DNA from: an uncultured Chitinophaga sp. | Lineage (GTDB): Bacteria; Bacteroidota; Bacteroidia; Bacteroidales; GCA-2748055 | DNA length: 63,707 nt | Direction: 5' to 3' | Assembly: GCA_964404825.1 (NCBI GenBank) | Contig: CAYOLQ010000009.1 | Span: 1 to 63,707 of the forward strand | Shown: piece by piece, positions 37,037-47,866 of the stretch | How the letters are laid out: each line of letters opens with the position of its first letter | How positions within the stretch are numbered: position 1 is the first letter of the stretch | Made by a program: the position numbers and the translations under genes | The notes under the pieces: model-generated | What the model was told of the DNA's origin: nothing | The model's input: the letters and a program-made list of their open reading frames with translations, nothing else | The model's database searches: none

Positions 37037-38090
37037 ATGAAATTATCTGTTTGTTGAAGTTCTCCTCATCTCTGTTGATAAATTCAATGCAGATTGGGAT
37101 GTAGAACATTCTGCTTTTTAAATTTCCGGGAAGATCGGAATATTTTTGTAAACGGACAGCATCTTTTTCCGTAGTAATGAGAATTTTTTCTTTTCCTTTC
37201 ATTTCATCAAAAGCCCGTATTATTTTCCGAATGTCATTTTTACTAAATAAATGATGATCAGAGAATTGTAATTCTGTAATGTTTTTTGAGATTTTCATTG
37301 CAAATAGTTTCAACCTGGCCGGGTTTGCAATTCCTGAAACAAGTAAAATGGAAGGTTCTGATGGCAAAGCCTCATCTGCCATATTCTTCAAATCCCTGAA
37401 AACTAAAAGCGGTTCACCCGGTGAGACTTTTGAAAAATAAATTTGCTGTGATTTATTTACTATCAGCTCGTTTGAGAATTTCTTCCGTACTTCAGGTGTA
37501 ATATTTCCGGGGGATCCGGATACCAGTATCAAATCAGCTCTTTTCCTGCCTGAGGCGAATTCCCTGAGGCTTCCGGATGGTAATATGAAATCATCCCTGA
37601 ACGGGCGGTTGTAATCGACAAGCAAAATGGAAAGACCCGGTTTAATGTACCGGTGCTGGAAAGCGTCGTCGAGCAGAATTACATCTATCTTCTTATCCAA
37701 AGCAATAAGATTAGTAATTCCATTTCGACGATTAGCGTCAACAGCGACAATGGTTTCTGGAAATTTCATTTTAATCTGAAGAGGTTCATCACCAATCAGA
37801 CCCGCATCGGAGTTTTCATCGGCAAGAATAAAGCCTTCAGATTTTCTCTTATATCCACGGCTTAAAACAGCAATTTTGTAATCTTCTCTAAGAATCCTTA
37901 TAAGGTATTCAATATGAGGAGTTTTACCCGTTCCGCCGACGGTAATATTCCCAACGGAAATGACAGGTATTTTAAACCCGGTTTCAGGAAGAATCCCGAA
38001 ATCGAATAATTTATTGCGTATAAAAACAACTGAACCATAGATCCAGCTTAATGGAAGTAAAAGGAATGAAAGTATATTCTTCTTTTTCAA
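37017..38090 (-). CDS. lpxK: tetraacyldisaccharide 4'-kinase
   Basis: 357 aa. N-terminal TM and P-loop VGNITVGGTGKTP. Its 3' end overlaps the PNP gene by 20 nt. Confidence 0.92.
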   Translation of the reverse strand: MKKKNILSFLLLPLSWIYGSVVFIRNKLFDFGILPETGFKIPVISVGNITVGGTGKTPHIEYLIRILREDYKIAVLSRGYKRKSEGFILADENSDAGLIGDEPLQIKMKFPETIVAVDANRRNGITNLIALDKKIDVILLDDAFQHRYIKPGLSILLVDYNRPFRDDFILPSGSLREFASGRKRADLILVSGSPGNITPEVRKKFSNELIVNKSQQIYFSKVSPGEPLLVFRDLKNMADEALPSEPSILLVSGIANPARLKLFAMKISKNITELQFSDHHLFSKNDIRKIIRAFDEMKGKEKILITTEKDAVRLQKYSDLPGNLKSRMFYIPICIEFINRDEENFNKQIISYVSSNK

Positions 38091-38172
38091 TTTTTTAAAT
38101 TAATACGCAACAGCCTCACACTGGTTAATTAAAAAAGATTCAATCTAATAACAATTTAGCCGGATGAAATTC

Positions 38173-39939
38173 TCAGAATAATTCAATTTCGAAAGGCATA
38201 ATTGCCTGAATACCTTTCATTGATTTAATAGTCTGTAATTGTTTATAGTATTTATAATCGGCTCCGAGTTCCTTTTGAATCATATGTATTCTGACATCTC
38301 CTGATAGTTGTCTGACAATTGCATCAAAAGGATCCTCCAGTTTTGGGAAATCAACGATACGATAATCCACAAGATTAGCTTCTTCTGCAGCAATTTCAAT
38401 AGCCCGGGTTAGCCCGCCAAAGTCGTCAACCAGACCGATTTCTTTTGCATCCGATGCTGAATATACATGGCCACGACCAATTTTATCGACCTGCTCAATG
38501 CTCAGGTTTCTGCCTTCAGCAACTCTGGATGTGAAAGTTTTATAGGTATTCATAACTTCATTTTGGATGATAACCATTTCTTCGGGTTTTAATGGGCGGT
38601 AAACAGAACCCAGATCCGAATGTTCGTTGGTATTAACAACATCTGTTGTAATGCCTAGTTTATCATTCATAAAAACTTTAAAATTGGGCAATAAACCGAT
38701 TACCCCTATAGACCCGGTAATAGTATTGGGGCTTGCGATTATCTTACTGGCGGGAGCAACGATATAGTACCCACCGGAAGCCGCAACATCTCCCAGGGAA
38801 GCAATAAGTGGTTTGACTTCTGATGCCAGCTTAACTTCTCTCCAGATGATTTCAGATGCGAGTGCACTTCCACCACCCGAGTTAACCCTAAGAACAATAG
38901 CCTTGATACTGCTATCGCGTCGGGCTTCGCGAATAGTTTTAGCAATTTTGTCGGAACCCATACTACCGTCTGAACCATCACCTGTAACAATTGTTCCTCC
39001 GGCATAAATAACAGCAATTTTATCCCTTACAATAGCTTTTTTCTCAGTTTGAATTTTGGGTACTTTGGTGTACTTTTTCAGGTTAACAGAACTTAGATTT
39101 TTTTTCTCTTCAGTAGATGTAAGCATTTTTAATTCGCTGAGAATTTCGTCGAAATACTTCAGTCCATCAACAAGATTGTATTCGAGAGCAGATGAGGCGT
39201 TATTAATCAGCATCTGATCAGCTATCCTGTTAAGTTCAGCTGCATCAATATTCCGGGATTTCGCAATATTATTTACAATTGTACCCCAGATAGATGAAAT
39301 ATATGCGCTTATCTGTGCCCGGTTTTCGGTACTGAGTTTTTCATACATTAGCGGCTCGGCAGCAGATTTATATTCACCAGCGCGGATAATCTGTGCATCA
39401 ATTCCAAGTTTTTCTAATGCACGCTTAAAGAAAAGCGGTTCGGCGCTAAGTCCCAGCCACATTACCTGACCTTCCGGTGTAAGGTAAATACTGTCGGCCA
39501 CAGAAGCAAGGTAATATGCGCCCTGAGTATAATAGTCGGCGTGTGCAATAATAAACTTTCCGGATTCCTTGAATTTAATCAAAGCGTTCCTGATTTCTTC
39601 AATACTCGCAATACCAGATGAGACGGTGGACAGATCCATAAAAATGCCATCGATATTTTCATCTTTTGAAGCTTTATCAATGTTAGTGAGAATCTGGTTC
39701 AGTCCCATTCCCCCGGTACCTGTAAAATTCATGAAATCGAATGATGCAAATGGATTCTCGGGATCGCGATCAACTATAGGAACATCGAAATTTGCCAATA
39801 ACACTGTATGCGGTGCAATTTCCAGAGGCTTTTCCATAGAAGCGGCAGAAACAATCCCTAAAAGAATAATAAATACAAGAAAGAGAGAAAGAAGTACTCC
39901 GATTATTGAAGCAAGAGTAAATTTCAGAAAGGATTTCAT
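38173..39939 (-). CDS. sppA: signal peptide peptidase SppA, 67K type
   Basis: 588 aa. N-terminal TM and two ClpP/crotonase-like halves. Catalytic region GDVAASGGYY. Confidence 0.9.
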   Translation of the reverse strand: MKSFLKFTLASIIGVLLSLFLVFIILLGIVSAASMEKPLEIAPHTVLLANFDVPIVDRDPENPFASFDFMNFTGTGGMGLNQILTNIDKASKDENIDGIFMDLSTVSSGIASIEEIRNALIKFKESGKFIIAHADYYTQGAYYLASVADSIYLTPEGQVMWLGLSAEPLFFKRALEKLGIDAQIIRAGEYKSAAEPLMYEKLSTENRAQISAYISSIWGTIVNNIAKSRNIDAAELNRIADQMLINNASSALEYNLVDGLKYFDEILSELKMLTSTEEKKNLSSVNLKKYTKVPKIQTEKKAIVRDKIAVIYAGGTIVTGDGSDGSMGSDKIAKTIREARRDSSIKAIVLRVNSGGGSALASEIIWREVKLASEVKPLIASLGDVAASGGYYIVAPASKIIASPNTITGSIGVIGLLPNFKVFMNDKLGITTDVVNTNEHSDLGSVYRPLKPEEMVIIQNEVMNTYKTFTSRVAEGRNLSIEQVDKIGRGHVYSASDAKEIGLVDDFGGLTRAIEIAAEEANLVDYRIVDFPKLEDPFDAIVRQLSGDVRIHMIQKELGADYKYYKQLQTIKSMKGIQAIMPFEIELF

Positions 39940-40047
39940 AGGGTTATAATTAAATTGTGTGAGTTTTTGCGAATATTAATTCCTCTAAAATTAAAATAAT
40001 ATTCAGTACTTTGAAAATCCAATCAGATATAATATTAAATCAATTGA

Positions 40048-40542
40048 ATGAGCAGTGTTTATCTATTAACAGGGAGTAATTTGGGTGATTGTATTGGCTT
40101 GATGAACAGGGCAATACAGCTAATCAATGAAGATATTGGAAAAATTGTAAGTAAATCCGGGATTTATTGTTCAAAATCCTGGGGTTATATAAGCACGCGT
40201 GATTATTACAATCAGTGTATTGTTACCCACACTGAATTGAATCCAAATCAGGTTCTTGAAACAATTCTGAAGATAGAGTCGAAACTGGGCAGAGTCAGAA
40301 AGACGGATGCTTATGCTGATCGGGAAATTGACATAGATATTTTGTTTTATGCAAACAGGATTATTTCAGATGAAAAGCTAACAATTCCTCACCCACGAAT
40401 GCATTTAAGGAGGTTTGCGCTTTTACCTGTGAATGAAGTTGATCCCGGTTTCGTCCATCCGGTTTTCAAAAAGAGAATTTCTATGCTGCTTGCAGAGTGC
40501 ATCGATGAGTCTGTTGTAAAGCTTTATAAGGATTTATGTTAA
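40048..40542 (+). CDS. folK: 2-amino-4-hydroxy-6-hydroxymethyldihydropteridine diphosphokinase
   Basis: 164 aa. HPPK signature ...REIDIDILFY...IPHPRMHLRRFALLP. Confidence 0.9.
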   Translation: MSSVYLLTGSNLGDCIGLMNRAIQLINEDIGKIVSKSGIYCSKSWGYISTRDYYNQCIVTHTELNPNQVLETILKIESKLGRVRKTDAYADREIDIDILFYANRIISDEKLTIPHPRMHLRRFALLPVNEVDPGFVHPVFKKRISMLLAECIDESVVKLYKDLC

Positions 40543-40548
40543 AAATTA

Positions 40549-41241
40549 TCAGAGAATACCTTCATCTGCAAAAGAGAAGAAACTTTTATCAGCAATGATA
40601 ATGTGATCTAATAAATTGATTTCCATAAAATTAGCCGCGTTTTGTATTTTCAATGTTATTTTTTTATCGGGATCACTGGGCTGGGTATTTCCGGAAGGAT
40701 GGTTATGACACAGAATTATACCGGAGGCAAGTTTTTCAAGCGCATTTCTCAGAATAAGACGGGTATCAATAACAGTACCGGATATGCCTCCCTGACTTAT
40801 TCGTATCTTGTCCACTACCTGATTGGATCTGTTTAGGATAAGAATCCAGAATTCTTCATGGGGCAGGTCGCCCAGCAGAGGATGAAAAATGGTAAAAACA
40901 TCTTTGCTTGAGGTAATTTTAAATCGGGTAAGTGTTTCGGTCTGACTCCTTCTCCGGCCCAGTTCAAATGCAGCCATCAGCATCAGGGCTTTTGCCTGAC
41001 CAATACCTTTAATTTGTTTTAATTCTGAAACACCGGCTTTTCCAAGTTGATGCAGATTATTTCCGGCAGATTCGAGAATTTGTCTTGCCAAATCTACAGC
41101 TGAGTTATTCCGGGTACCCGATCCCAGCAGAATTGCAAGCAGTTCACTATCACTCAGACTCTGTGTTCCGTGGTTCAGGAGTTTTTCTCTGGGCCTGTCC
41201 TCCAGGGCCCATTTCCTGATAATTGATTTTCTGTACTCCAT
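40549..41241 (-). CDS. radC: RadC-family JAB/MPN domain protein
   Basis: 230 aa. HhH region and the JAMM motif LCHNHPSGNTQPSDPD. Confidence 0.9.
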   Translation of the reverse strand: MEYRKSIIRKWALEDRPREKLLNHGTQSLSDSELLAILLGSGTRNNSAVDLARQILESAGNNLHQLGKAGVSELKQIKGIGQAKALMLMAAFELGRRRSQTETLTRFKITSSKDVFTIFHPLLGDLPHEEFWILILNRSNQVVDKIRISQGGISGTVIDTRLILRNALEKLASGIILCHNHPSGNTQPSDPDKKITLKIQNAANFMEINLLDHIIIADKSFFSFADEGIL

Positions 41242-41384
41242 ATACTTTTATTCCTTAATGTGATTTAAGGAAAAAAATCAGCATAAAGACCGAACTTTTT
41301 GAATGTAGGGAAAAAGAGTTCACTGAATACAAATAAAAAAAGCCACCCAATGGGTAGCTTTTAAATTTTTTTCTGAACAAATCC

Positions 41385-41639
41385 TTATGATAAGCTGGAT
41401 ACGTGTTTCTGAAGTTTGGATTTCAGGTTACCTGCTTTGTTTTTGTGAATCACGTTGGTTTTTGCTAGTTTATCAAGCATGGAAACAACTTTAGGAAAAA
41501 GTTCTGCAGCAGCAGTTTTATCAGTTGTGCCACGGAGTTCTTTAAGAGCATTACGCATTCCTCGTGCATAATACTTATTATTCACACGCTTTACTTCGTC
41601 TTGTCTGATTCTCTTCTGTGCTGAATGATGGTGTGCCAT
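41385..41639 (-). CDS. rpsT: 30S ribosomal protein S20
   Basis: 84 aa, basic. MAHHHSAQKRIRQDEVKRVNNKYY.... A hairpin plus T-run lies downstream, at about 41333-41360 on the minus strand. Confidence 0.93.
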   Translation of the reverse strand: MAHHHSAQKRIRQDEVKRVNNKYYARGMRNALKELRGTTDKTAAAELFPKVVSMLDKLAKTNVIHKNKAGNLKSKLQKHVSSLS

Positions 41640-41901
41640 TGTTAAATATTATTTATAATCGATAACTTCTTTCTGATAAAATTGGCTTGCAAAAGTAAGG
41701 AATTATTTGAAATAAAAAAATATTTAACAGGAATTAAATACTTTCATTCATTCTGCTACATTTAGGCTTGCAAAATCATCCAAAGATTGTACATTTATTA
41801 TCATAATCTGGAATGTTTTCAGTCAACCGTTTTTTTCCGGCTGGTGTAAACCATTCCCAAAGTTAAGAAGAGATTTATATAGCCATTGTAATAATTATAA
41901 A

Positions 41902-42369
41902 ATGCAGAATGAATCCTTTAATGTAAAAAAGGCCCTTCAGCTAACACGTATCATTTATTTCTCAATAATTGGAGGAATGATGTTTTTTCTTGTAATAGTG
42001 TTATCCATATCAGCAGAACCTTTTTTCTTTTCAGCTGATCTTACTGAAATTTTGTTTGCAATGCTTTTGTTTCTGAGTATACTTGCAATTCCCGGAAGTT
42101 TTTATTTTTCCGCTAAGACATTAAAGGCACTAAACAGTAATGATCCAATTTCAAAAAAGTTTCCGGTTTATCAGAGTGCTCTTATTACGCGAATGGCAGG
42201 TTGTGAAGGAATAGGTCTTTTTGCAATTGTATGTCTTTTGATTACGAATAATCTGTTTAGTCTGGTTTTTTTAATAGCCCCATTAGCAGCAATGATTTCC
42301 TATTATCCCAAACCTGAGAAAATAGGCAGGGAGATAAACCTTAGTCATTCTGAAACGGAATTATTTTAA
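41902..42369 (+). CDS. small integral membrane protein, function unknown
   Basis: 155 aa with four hydrophobic helices. Ends 5 nt before the GntP-family gene. Confidence 0.6.
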   Translation: MQNESFNVKKALQLTRIIYFSIIGGMMFFLVIVLSISAEPFFFSADLTEILFAMLLFLSILAIPGSFYFSAKTLKALNSNDPISKKFPVYQSALITRMAGCEGIGLFAIVCLLITNNLFSLVFLIAPLAAMISYYPKPEKIGREINLSHSETELF

Positions 42370-42374
42370 AGAAT

Positions 42375-43691
42375 ATGCCACTACTTTATGTCCTGTTGGG
42401 AATTTGTCTTCTGTTAATTCTAATTCTGGCAGTAAAACTTAATTCATTTATCTCATTTGTTATTGTTTCACTTGCGGTTGCTCTGGCAGAGGGCATGACA
42501 GTTAATGAGGCTGTTGTATCCATCGAAAAGGGAATTGGAAGTACGATGTCTTATCTTGTAATGATTCTCGGTTTTGGTGCGATGCTTGGTAAAATGGTTT
42601 CGGAAAGCGGGGCGGCACAGCGACTGACTTCAGGCATAATTAAAGCCTTCGGTGTTAAAAGGATTCAGATTGCACTGATGTTAACGGGGTTTATTGTAGG
42701 AATTTCCTTGTTTTATGATGTCGGTTTTTTTATAATGATCCCACTGGTATTTACTGTTGCAGCTTCAACAGGCTTGCCCTTACTGTATGTTGGTTTACCT
42801 ATGCTGGCCTCCTTGTCTGTTACGCATGGTTTTCTCCCTCCGCATCCTGCACCAACGGCAATAGCAGTTATGTTTAACGCCGATATAGGAAAAACCCTGG
42901 TATATGGCATAATTATAGCAATTCCCGTTATATTTATTTCCGGACCCCTTTTATCAAGGGCATTAAGCAGAATTGAAGCCAGACCGCTTTCGGAATTTGT
43001 AAATCCCAGGGTATTATCTGATCATGAAATGCCGGGTTTTTGGGTAAGCTTTTTTACTGCACTCTTACCTGTAATACTTATTGGTATTTCAACAATTGCC
43101 GGATTTATTCTGGATGAAGAAAATCAGATTCGGATTGTTCTGGGTTATATCGGGAATCCGCCGGTGGCAATGCTTTTGTCGGTTCTTTTTGCAGCGTATA
43201 CGCTGGGTTTGAACAGGGGACGAAAGATGAAAGATATAACAGAATCCATGACCCATTCCGTTATAAGCGTCACTACAATCATTTTACTTATTGCTGGCGC
43301 CGGTGCTTTGAAACAGGTATTGGTAGATAGTGGTGTTAGTGCTTATATTGGTAGTTTACTTAAAGAGTCGACTGTTTCACCATTATTTATGGGGTGGTTA
43401 ATCTCTACGGTTTTAAGGTTTTGTGTCGGATCTGCTACTGTTGCAGGAATTACCACGGCAGGTATTGTACTTCCGCTTTTATCCGGATCAGATGTGAGTC
43501 CGGAGTTAATGGTTCTGGCCATTGGTTCCGGAAGTCTGATGTTCGGACATGTGAACGATGGTGGATTCTGGCTATTTAAGGAATACTTTAACTTAAGCAT
43601 TAAAGATACTCTCAAAACATGGAGTGTAATGGAAACATCGATTGGAATTACCGGACTGGCGGGGGTTTTTATTTTAGATATTTTTGTTTAA
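42375..43691 (+). CDS. GntP-family (gluconate/H+ symporter type) permease
   Basis: 438 aa, polytopic. Family-typical segments ...IEKGIGSTMSYL.. and ...GSATVAGITTAGI.... Confidence 0.8.
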   Translation: MPLLYVLLGICLLLILILAVKLNSFISFVIVSLAVALAEGMTVNEAVVSIEKGIGSTMSYLVMILGFGAMLGKMVSESGAAQRLTSGIIKAFGVKRIQIALMLTGFIVGISLFYDVGFFIMIPLVFTVAASTGLPLLYVGLPMLASLSVTHGFLPPHPAPTAIAVMFNADIGKTLVYGIIIAIPVIFISGPLLSRALSRIEARPLSEFVNPRVLSDHEMPGFWVSFFTALLPVILIGISTIAGFILDEENQIRIVLGYIGNPPVAMLLSVLFAAYTLGLNRGRKMKDITESMTHSVISVTTIILLIAGAGALKQVLVDSGVSAYIGSLLKESTVSPLFMGWLISTVLRFCVGSATVAGITTAGIVLPLLSGSDVSPELMVLAIGSGSLMFGHVNDGGFWLFKEYFNLSIKDTLKTWSVMETSIGITGLAGVFILDIFV

Positions 43692-43789
43692 TTTCTGAAT
43701 GAAACAGTTCCTTACAATATTATTTCGCGCATAGGCGCAATGTTGAAGGTTATAAAGCATCATACTCTTATTACTTAATTGAAAATCGC

Positions 43790-46210
43790 ATGAAACATCT
43801 ATCTGGCTTTTTATTCATGATTTCAATCTTGGCGGGATTATTTCTCTGTTCCTGTAGTACGGGTGAAACACGAATCCGCTCTGATTTTGGTGAAGAGTGG
43901 AATTTTATTCTTAGTGAAGACAGCATTTCCGTGGATATGCCCGGATTAGAAAGCAAAGGATGGAGAAAGATTGATCTGCCTCATGACTGGAGTATTGAAG
44001 GAGAGTTCAGTGAAAAAAATCCGGCATCACCGGGTGGAGGCGCATTGCCGGGCGGAATTGGCTGGTACAGGAAGACATTTTTTGTGGCGGAGGTTGATTC
44101 TTCTATGATGTTTTATATTGATTTTGATGGTGTTTACAGAAACAGTGAAGTTTGGATAAACGGACAGTTTCTGGGAAAACGACCATACGGATATAGCTCC
44201 TTCCGGTATAATCTTACCCCTTTCCTTAATTATGCAGATAAGCCAAATGATATTATTGTGAAAGTTGATAATTCAAGTCAACCCAACTCACGATGGTATT
44301 CAGGTTCAGGAATTTACCGCAATGTGTGGCTGGTAAAAACCGGAAAAGTACATGTTGACCAATGGGGGACACAAATCATAACTCCGGTTGCTTCAAAAAG
44401 TTATGCTGAAATTAAGATTACGACAAAAGTCAGAAATACTAATTTTTCCCGGACAGAAGGCATTCTGGAGACCAGAATCCTCGATAAAAGCGGGGCCCGG
44501 GTATTGAAACAAAAAACAAAATTTACTGTAGAAGGCGATACTGTTGTTTCAATTGATCAGGATTTTAAGGTACACGATCCGAATCTCTGGTCAGTAGATG
44601 ATCCCGATATGTATACAGCCTTAAGCAGGGTAATTGTCGGGGGAAAAGAGGTCGATTCCTATGAAACACCTTTTGGTATAAGAACTTTTGAGTTCAACCG
44701 GGATGAAGGTTTTATCCTTAACGGAAAGAAGATTAAGATACTGGGCGTATGTAATCATCATGACCTTGGCTGTCTGGGTGCTGCAATCAATACAAGAGCA
44801 ATTGAAAGACAGCTTGAAATTTTAAAGTTGATGGGGTGTAACGGAATCCGGACTTCGCATAATCCACCTGCGCCTGAACTGCTTGATCTGTGCGATAAAA
44901 TGGGCTTTATTGTTATGGATGAAGCATTTGATATGTGGAAAAAGCAAAAGACGAAATTCGACTATCACCTTGACTGGGATGAGTGGCATAAAAAGGATTT
45001 ACAGGATTTCATTCTCAGGGATCGGAATCATCCATCGGTTTTTATCTGGAGTATAGGAAATGAAATCGGAGAACAATGGGATTCCACAGGTATTCCAATT
45101 GCCAGAGAACTTGCCGGAATTGTAAGAGAGCTCGATACAACACGTCCGGTTACATCTGCTTGTAATGAAACAGGTCCGTTTAACTATATTATCAGGTCGG
45201 GAGCACTTGATTTGATTGGCTACAATTATCATCATGAGGAATACCCGGAATTTAAAATGAGGTATGACTCGGGAGCCTTCATTGGCGCGGAAACCACATC
45301 TGCCCTTGCAACCAGAGGTTATTATGATATGGATTCTGACAGTATACGTCGCTGGCCTGCTTATTATGGTGCGGATTTTACAGGTAATCCGGATAATACA
45401 TGCTCAGCATACGATAATTGTTCCGCGCCATGGGGTTCAACACATGAAGAGACCTGGAGAGTTGTTAAAAAATATGATTTCATATCCGGTATGTTTATCT
45501 GGACAGGTTTTGATTATCTGGGTGAACCTACTCCTTATTGGTGGCCCTCCAGAAGCTCCTACTTCGGAGTTATTGATTTGGCCGGTTTTCCAAAAGATGC
45601 ATTTTACATGTATCAGAGTGAATGGATTGATAAACCGGTAATTCACTTGTTTCCTCACTGGAACTGGACAGAAGGAGACAGCATTGACATATGGGTTTAT
45701 TCCAACAGTGATGAGGTTGAACTTTTTATTAACGATAATTCATTGGGAATTAAGAAAAAGGGGCCTGAAGATTTTCATTTACAATGGAGAGTGAGTTATT
45801 CACCAGGAGAAGTAAGAGCTGTAGGAAGAACTTCCGGCAAGAAGGATTTAAAAACAACTGTAAAAACCGCTGGTAAACCTGCCCTGATAGAACTTGATCC
45901 GGACAGGACGACTATTTCAGCCGACGGAAAGGATCTTTCATTTATTACAGTCAGAATTCTTGATGAAGCAGGCACTCTTGTTCCGAATGCCGAAAACCGG
46001 GTTAAGTTTTCAGTTCGGGGTGCGGCAACCATTGCAGGGGTTGACAACGGGGATCCCGTTTCTCATGAATCATTCAGGGCAGATACAAGAAAAGCATTTA
46101 ATGGCTTATGTCTGTTGGTGGTAAAAGCAGGGAAAAATAAGGGTAAAATTGAGGTTATTGCTGAATCAGAGGGGCTACCCGCGACTTCTTTTGTTTTAAA
46201 GGCGGAATAA
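43790..46210 (+). CDS. glycoside hydrolase family 2 enzyme (beta-galactosidase-like), lipoprotein signal
   Basis: 806 aa. Signal LFLCSCSTG. GH2 motifs NGQFLGKRPYGYSSFRYNLT, GVCNHHDLG, RTSHNPP and WSIGNE (acid/base Glu). Confidence 0.88.
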   Translation: MKHLSGFLFMISILAGLFLCSCSTGETRIRSDFGEEWNFILSEDSISVDMPGLESKGWRKIDLPHDWSIEGEFSEKNPASPGGGALPGGIGWYRKTFFVAEVDSSMMFYIDFDGVYRNSEVWINGQFLGKRPYGYSSFRYNLTPFLNYADKPNDIIVKVDNSSQPNSRWYSGSGIYRNVWLVKTGKVHVDQWGTQIITPVASKSYAEIKITTKVRNTNFSRTEGILETRILDKSGARVLKQKTKFTVEGDTVVSIDQDFKVHDPNLWSVDDPDMYTALSRVIVGGKEVDSYETPFGIRTFEFNRDEGFILNGKKIKILGVCNHHDLGCLGAAINTRAIERQLEILKLMGCNGIRTSHNPPAPELLDLCDKMGFIVMDEAFDMWKKQKTKFDYHLDWDEWHKKDLQDFILRDRNHPSVFIWSIGNEIGEQWDSTGIPIARELAGIVRELDTTRPVTSACNETGPFNYIIRSGALDLIGYNYHHEEYPEFKMRYDSGAFIGAETTSALATRGYYDMDSDSIRRWPAYYGADFTGNPDNTCSAYDNCSAPWGSTHEETWRVVKKYDFISGMFIWTGFDYLGEPTPYWWPSRSSYFGVIDLAGFPKDAFYMYQSEWIDKPVIHLFPHWNWTEGDSIDIWVYSNSDEVELFINDNSLGIKKKGPEDFHLQWRVSYSPGEVRAVGRTSGKKDLKTTVKTAGKPALIELDPDRTTISADGKDLSFITVRILDEAGTLVPNAENRVKFSVRGAATIAGVDNGDPVSHESFRADTRKAFNGLCLLVVKAGKNKGKIEVIAESEGLPATSFVLKAE

Positions 46211-46287
46211 AATTATGTGACGGGAAAAGCCGGAAGTGAAACAAAGAATGTTTCAATCCAACCGAAGTCTTTAAAACAATTCAGAAA

Positions 46288-47823
46288 CTAAAACTCCATT
46301 GATTTGAGAATGGCATGCAGGGAGTTAACGGATTTGTCTTTAAAATCAATCCTGACTTCAGTCTTTTCAATATTTCCTGTTAAAGTCAGGCATTTTAAAG
46401 AAGTCCCAAGTCCATCAAGACCCATTGAAAGTCCTTTATCCATTTCATCCCTGAGATAATCATTCATTTCCTGTGAATAGCTTTCTTTATCGAGATTCAG
46501 GTAAAAGCAAATGGGATTATCTATCAGGTTTTTGGAAATATCAAGGGAAAGAATATTGTTTTTCAGCTCTCCTTCTGATAGAATTTCTGTAAGATATTTT
46601 TCCTCATTTGAGAATACAATTACCTTGTTTTTTTGGCCAAGGAAAAGGGGCAAATCATTTTCGATAATAACATAATAGTTATCTTTTTCAATAACGGGTG
46701 TCTGAAGTTTTATAAAATTCACAAGCTCGCTAAATACCATCTCATCATTAGTTTGTAATGCAGCAACCACCAGGGGGATTTTAGAGAATTCAGGGTTGTT
46801 TTCGTTATTTGTTTGTTTTATACCATTAACAGAGAATGCAACACTGCCCTGCAAAGAATTCAGAAGTTCAGCAGGAGTTTTACCGGTTTTTAGTTCAAAT
46901 TCTTCAAGAAAGTGCTGATCCCCCGAATTTAAGGATGACAGAATTTCAAGCATTTTAGCGGGATTAAGTCTGAAATTGCCAGCTAAAATGAGGTTTTCAG
47001 CCGGAAGCATTTTTAAAATATTCTTTTCTGCATTAAGATCAATTACATTATACCGGTCAAGATTTTTTTTAAAGTCCGGATTTAGCAGAAGATTTGAACT
47101 AAGTAATATCCCTCCATCCTGAAAATCAAGAGAGATATGCGCATAATTATTATTAAGTGTACCAAACATATTCAGCATACCCATGGCTTGTCCCGTAAGA
47201 GCTTCAAACTGATTGCTGCTTAACCAGATGTTCAGATCTTTTTGTTCTGACAGGAAACTTTTAAAATCTTTATCACTCAGTACGCAATTTTCTGCTTCAA
47301 GATTAAACAGTCCGGGAAGCGCATCTTCCACAGCATTATCCGGCCCCTTTAATCTGGTTAAGTGTATCAGAACAGTTTTATTCCATGCGAGAACATTGTT
47401 TCCTTTTTTCGAATAGGTATAATTTTCTGTCTTTTCCCTCGGAAATTCAGCATTATATTCCTGTCCAAGACTATCTAAAAAACTTTCAAAATCCTTTAGC
47501 TTTCTAACAGGCATGATTACACCCAGATACTTATTCTCTGTGCCGAATACAAAAAACCCGGAGTAGGTGTTTAAATTAATGCCGCTCATTTCCGGATTAT
47601 CAAATAATGCCTGACTAAACTCATTTTCACCGATAGCCCTTTTAATATAATTTATTTCATTTGCCTTTGACTTTTTAATTAGCTTCCCCGGATTGAATGT
47701 TCCAACCATCGAAGCATTATCAGGAACAATGGTAAATATCTTATGCGGACGATTGCATGAAGTACATAAAATACTCATTAGCAAAATGCCAAAGGAAACG
47801 GTTTTGAAAAAATTTAGTTTCAT
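46288..47823 (-). CDS. lipoprotein (DUF4836-like), function unknown
   Basis: The ATG at 47823 gives MKLNFFKTVSFGILLMSILCTSC (lipobox). The track ORF start at 47901 would overlap the upstream gene. Confidence 0.7.
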   Translation of the reverse strand: MKLNFFKTVSFGILLMSILCTSCNRPHKIFTIVPDNASMVGTFNPGKLIKKSKANEINYIKRAIGENEFSQALFDNPEMSGINLNTYSGFFVFGTENKYLGVIMPVRKLKDFESFLDSLGQEYNAEFPREKTENYTYSKKGNNVLAWNKTVLIHLTRLKGPDNAVEDALPGLFNLEAENCVLSDKDFKSFLSEQKDLNIWLSSNQFEALTGQAMGMLNMFGTLNNNYAHISLDFQDGGILLSSNLLLNPDFKKNLDRYNVIDLNAEKNILKMLPAENLILAGNFRLNPAKMLEILSSLNSGDQHFLEEFELKTGKTPAELLNSLQGSVAFSVNGIKQTNNENNPEFSKIPLVVAALQTNDEMVFSELVNFIKLQTPVIEKDNYYVIIENDLPLFLGQKNKVIVFSNEEKYLTEILSEGELKNNILSLDISKNLIDNPICFYLNLDKESYSQEMNDYLRDEMDKGLSMGLDGLGTSLKCLTLTGNIEKTEVRIDFKDKSVNSLHAILKSMEF

Positions 47824-47866
47824 GGTAATTCTTTTAAAATATGTAAAGCAACAATGGCAGAATATC